Source: SAR116 cluster bacterium AG-321-A13
Lineage (GTDB): Bacteria; Pseudomonadota; Alphaproteobacteria; Puniceispirillales; Marisalimonadaceae
DNA length: 64,000 bases
Assembly (NCBI GenBank): GCA_003283875.1
Contig: QBXD01000003.1
Coordinates: forward strand, 448 to 64,447
Reading direction: 5' to 3'
Under the pieces are notes generated by a model that was given only the letters and a program-made list of their open reading frames with translations, made no database searches and was not told the origin of the DNA. Numbering within the stretch: the first letter of the stretch is position 1; the number at the start of each line of letters is the position of its first letter. A program made the position numbers and the translations under genes. This document shows positions 60,461 to 64,000 of this stretch, piece after piece.

Positions 60461-61570
60461 ATGAATTTTACAATTGATAGAAACGCACTTCTTAAACCAC
60501 TTGGACATATATATTCTGTCGTTGAAAGAAGAAACACAATTCCAATTTTGTCTAATGTACTAATAGAAACAAATTCGTCAAAAGTCTCATTTACAGCTAC
60601 AGATATGGATATGGATATTGTGGAAGTTACAGCCTGTGTGATTTTAAACCAAGGGAAAGTAACACTAGCAGCCCATACTCTTTATGATATTGTTAGAAAG
60701 CTCCCTGATGGAGCTGAAATTAAAATTGAGCAGGTTGATTATAATGTTCAAGTTTCAGCGGGTAAATCTAAATTTATTCTTCCAACTTTGTCAGTAGACG
60801 ATTTTCCTGTAATGACAGAAATTGAAAAAGGTAATGAATTTTCTATAGAATCTGTTGATCTTGCGAGTTTAATTGATAACACTAGATTTGCAATTTCTTC
60901 AGAAGAAACAAGATATTACTTAAATGGCATTTTTTTTCATGTTCCTGAACCAAACAAAGACAAGTTAAGGGCTGTTGCAACGGATGGGCATCGTTTAGCT
61001 CAAGCTGAAATTCCACTTCCCCAAGGAGCTGAAGCTATGCCAAGTATAATTTTGCCAAGAAAAGCTGTTGGAGAAATTAGAAAATTAACTGATGGAACTG
61101 ATGGTAAAATTAAAATCATTATTTCTAACACTAAAGCAAAATTTATTTTTCCAAATTCCGTTTTGACAACAAAACTGATAGATGGTTCATTCCCAGATTA
61201 TCAAAGAGTTATACCAAAAGAAAATCTAAATAAGTTAACAGTCTTAAACTCTGATTTTTCAAAAGCAATTGATCGAGTTTCCACTGTATCTATGGAAAAA
61301 TCAAGAGCTGTAAAACTTTCGTTAAATAAAAACTTATTATCGTTAAATGTTAATAGTCACGATTTAGGCAATGCTTCTGAAGATTTAGAAATAAACTATA
61401 ATCATGATGATTTAGACATAGGGTTTAACGCAAAATATCTTCTAGATATAGCGTCTCAAATCCAAGGAAAAGACATAGAAATTTTATTATCAGATTCAGC
61501 ATCACCCGCTTTGATTACTGATCCAGATCAAGACGGTGTTATTTTTGTCTTAATGCCTATGAGAGTTTAA
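60461..61570 (+). CDS. dnaN: DNA polymerase III beta clamp
   Basis: VERRNTIPILSN, ATD, EETRYYLNG, VATDGHRL, KLIDGSFPDY, GFN, VLMPMR. Confidence 0.98.
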   Translation: MNFTIDRNALLKPLGHIYSVVERRNTIPILSNVLIETNSSKVSFTATDMDMDIVEVTACVILNQGKVTLAAHTLYDIVRKLPDGAEIKIEQVDYNVQVSAGKSKFILPTLSVDDFPVMTEIEKGNEFSIESVDLASLIDNTRFAISSEETRYYLNGIFFHVPEPNKDKLRAVATDGHRLAQAEIPLPQGAEAMPSIILPRKAVGEIRKLTDGTDGKIKIIISNTKAKFIFPNSVLTTKLIDGSFPDYQRVIPKENLNKLTVLNSDFSKAIDRVSTVSMEKSRAVKLSLNKNLLSLNVNSHDLGNASEDLEINYNHDDLDIGFNAKYLLDIASQIQGKDIEILLSDSASPALITDPDQDGVIFVLMPMRV

Positions 61571-61608
61571 TTTATTTATAAGTTCAAATAAGTAAATCTG
61601 GGATAAAA

Positions 61609-62832
61609 ATGAAAAATAATATTTTAGACTTCAAAGATGAAATTCAAACAGATGAAAACTCAAACAAATTTTATATAAAAAAATTAAATTTAAAAAATTT
61701 TAGAAATCATGTTGATTTAAATCTAAATATTAGGAAGGATTCTTTATTAATTTATGGAGATAATGGTTGTGGTAAGACTAACATTCTTGAAGCTATTTCT
61801 TTATTAAATCAAGGTAAAGGCCTTAGAAAGTCAAACATTGAAGATTATTTAAATCAGAAGATTTTGCTTCAAGGTAGTTACAATACTTGGGGAATAAATG
61901 CGGACTTTGTGTGCCCCAAGGGTAAGTTTAACATTGGTACAGGACTCAAAAAAGATACGTTCAAAAATTCGAGAGTAGCTAAAATTAATACTCAGAAATG
62001 TCCCTTAAGTTCACTAGGAAAAATTTTAAAAATCTCATGGATTACTCCTCAAATGTGTATTTTATTCCAGAATGGTATGAGTGAAAGAAGACGTTTCATA
62101 GATAGGCTTACTTCCTCGTTGGATAGTTTGCATTTAAATAGAGTATACAAATACGAAAAACTGCTAAGACAGAGAAGCAAAATTTTGATGCAATCAAAAA
62201 GTGATAAAACATGGTTGGATGCTGTTGAAAGTCAAATTTCTGAACTTTCTGTTGCTATCACAGCTAGTAGATTAGAGATGGTGGAGGCATTAAACGATTT
62301 ATATAATGAAGAGTTAAATGATAATTATTTAATAGACAATTTTCCTCCTGCAGTTATGAAATTGACAGGAAAAATTGAAGAGCTTCTCACTAAAAAACCA
62401 GCTTCAGTAGTAGAAGGCATTATAAAAGATAATTTAAAAAAATCGCGTTTTTCTGAAGAAGAAAATATTTTTGGACCCAATAAGACAATAATTGAAATAC
62501 TTAATAGAAAAAATAATAAGAATGTTAATTACGCATCAACTGGTGAACAGAAACTTTTATTAATTTCAATTATTTTATCACACGCAAGAATGCTAAATAA
62601 AAATTTTAATATGGCGCCTATTTTATTGTTAGACGATATTGTAGAGCATTTAGATAAAAAACATAGATGTGCGTTGTTTTTAGAGATATCTAGGCATGAA
62701 GGTCAGTCATGGTTTACTAGTACAAGTAAAGAAGCTTTTGCAGATTACCCAACTTTAATTGATAGAATAAATCTTCCTGAAATAATGTGTCAATTCAAAG
62801 GTAAATATAATTTACAATATGGAGAAAATTAG
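61609..62832 (+). CDS. recF: DNA replication/repair protein RecF
   Basis: NFRNH, GDNGCGKTNILEA, ERRRFID, STGEQK, PILLLDD; between dnaN and gyrB. Confidence 0.94.
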   Translation: MKNNILDFKDEIQTDENSNKFYIKKLNLKNFRNHVDLNLNIRKDSLLIYGDNGCGKTNILEAISLLNQGKGLRKSNIEDYLNQKILLQGSYNTWGINADFVCPKGKFNIGTGLKKDTFKNSRVAKINTQKCPLSSLGKILKISWITPQMCILFQNGMSERRRFIDRLTSSLDSLHLNRVYKYEKLLRQRSKILMQSKSDKTWLDAVESQISELSVAITASRLEMVEALNDLYNEELNDNYLIDNFPPAVMKLTGKIEELLTKKPASVVEGIIKDNLKKSRFSEEENIFGPNKTIIEILNRKNNKNVNYASTGEQKLLLISIILSHARMLNKNFNMAPILLLDDIVEHLDKKHRCALFLEISRHEGQSWFTSTSKEAFADYPTLIDRINLPEIMCQFKGKYNLQYGEN

Positions 62833-64000
62833 ATGTCTGAAAAAAATATAGAAATAAATAATACAGATTATGACGCAGACTCTATTAAGGTTCTCAAAGG
62901 GTTAGATGCTGTTAGAAAGCGGCCCGGCATGTACATTGGTGATACTGACGATGGTTCAGGTTTACACCACATGGTTTATGAGGTTTTAGATAATTCTATA
63001 GATGAGTCATTAGCAGGTCATTGCGACCTTATTCAAGTAAAATTATTAAAGGATGGTTCTGTTACTATAAGTGATAATGGAAGAGGTATACCAGTAGATA
63101 TTCACCCTGAAGAAGGTGTTTCAGCAGCAGAGGTCATTATGACACAATTACATGCAGGTGGAAAATTTGATAACAATTCTTATAAAGTATCGGGTGGATT
63201 ACATGGAGTTGGTATTTCAGTTGTAAATGCATTATCGGAAACATTGGTTTTAACCATCTACAGAAACGAAAAAATATATGAGATTAATTTCAAAAATGGC
63301 GTTGCTACAGACCGTTTGAGGATTGTGGGTGAAGAAAATCAAAAAACGGGTACAGAAATCAATTTTAAACCAAGTAAAGAGACTTTTACTAAATGTAATT
63401 TTGATTATCAAACTCTAGAGCATCGAATTAGAGAGTTGGCATTTTTAAATAGTGGAGTCCATATCGATTTAATTGATCAAAGAGAAACAGATGAAAAAAA
63501 AGTTTCATTTTTTTATCAAGGAGGTTTGAAGGCGTATATAGAGTATCTAAATAGATCTAGAAATGCTATTCATGAAGTTATAGCTACCACTCACGAAAAA
63601 GAAGGTATTACTGTAGATATTTCTATGGAATGGACAGACGGATACCATGAAACCACTCTTTGTTTTACAAATAATATTCCACAACGAGATGGAGGCACTC
63701 ATTTAGCTGGTTTTAGAGCGGCTCTTACTAGAGTAATCAACTCCTATTCTATTAATTCTGGTATTGCAAAAAAAGAAAAGCTTCAATTATCAGGTGAAGA
63801 TTGTAGAGAAGGATTAACTACTGTACTATCCTTAAAAATTCCTGACCCAAAGTTTTCAAGTCAAACAAAGGATAAATTAGTATCAAGTGAAGTCCGTCCA
63901 GTAGTAGAGCAATTAGTTTCAGAATCTTTGAACCAATGGTTTGATGAACATCCAACAGAAGCTAAAAAAATAGTAGCAAAGGCATACGAAGCTGCAAGTG
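62833..64000 (+). CDS. gyrB: DNA gyrase subunit B, 5' partial (runs off the window)
   Basis: ATG 62833: MSEKN...[60 protein letters not shown]. Confidence 0.97.
   Translation, partial: MSEKNIEINNTDYDADSIKVLKGLDAVRKRPGMYIGDTDDGSGLHHMVYEVLDNSIDESLAGHCDLIQVKLLKDGSVTISDNGRGIPVDIHPEEGVSAAEVIMTQLHAGGKFDNNSYKVSGGLHGVGISVVNALSETLVLTIYRNEKIYEINFKNGVATDRLRIVGEENQKTGTEINFKPSKETFTKCNFDYQTLEHRIRELAFLNSGVHIDLIDQRETDEKKVSFFYQGGLKAYIEYLNRSRNAIHEVIATTHEKEGITVDISMEWTDGYHETTLCFTNNIPQRDGGTHLAGFRAALTRVINSYSINSGIAKKEKLQLSGEDCREGLTTVLSLKIPDPKFSSQTKDKLVSSEVRPVVEQLVSESLNQWFDEHPTEAKKIVAKAYEAAS

Noticed and set aside
1-64000. tRNA, rRNA, CRISPR arrays, IS elements
   Set aside because: Intergenic spaces are short and AT-rich; no cloverleaf, repeat-spacer array, transposase or terminal inverted repeats seen.

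Overview
A gene-dense, very AT-rich core-genome segment from a free-living, streamlined alphaproteobacterium with Rhodospirillales-like gene order. It is unlikely to be Pelagibacter, because mutS and glnD are present. The window runs from the 3' end of hisB through the his operon, gshB-BON-rsmI/lpoA, hemW-rdgB-rph, grpE-dnaK-dnaJ-dapB, maeB/mutS-glnD-murJ-trpS-nfuA, tsaB-rimI-olsB-olsA-miaB-phoH-ybeY-corC-lnt-metK-trmB, rimP-nusA-infB-rbfA-truB-rpsO-pnp, fabI-fabB-fabA, moeB-coaBC-ubiB-ubiE/mutM and rpsT, ending in dnaA-dnaN-recF-gyrB (partial). I saw no rRNA, tRNA, CRISPR array or mobile element. The most unusual feature is a CoaBC (CoA biosynthesis) with an in-frame N-terminal Cro/YdaS-like helix-turn-helix domain. 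A palindrome and an 11-bp-period direct repeat lie over its probable promoter, making it a candidate enzyme-repressor fusion. By contrast, the stand-alone regulators normally found in these gene clusters (hrcA, fur, mucR, irr, an XRE HTH) are missing from their usual positions. Other items are a rimP-leader attenuator, an RpoH promoter before dnaK, a peptide repeat in OlsB, and a DnaA box with heptamer repeats upstream of dnaA. All calls come from reading motifs by eye; no searches were run.
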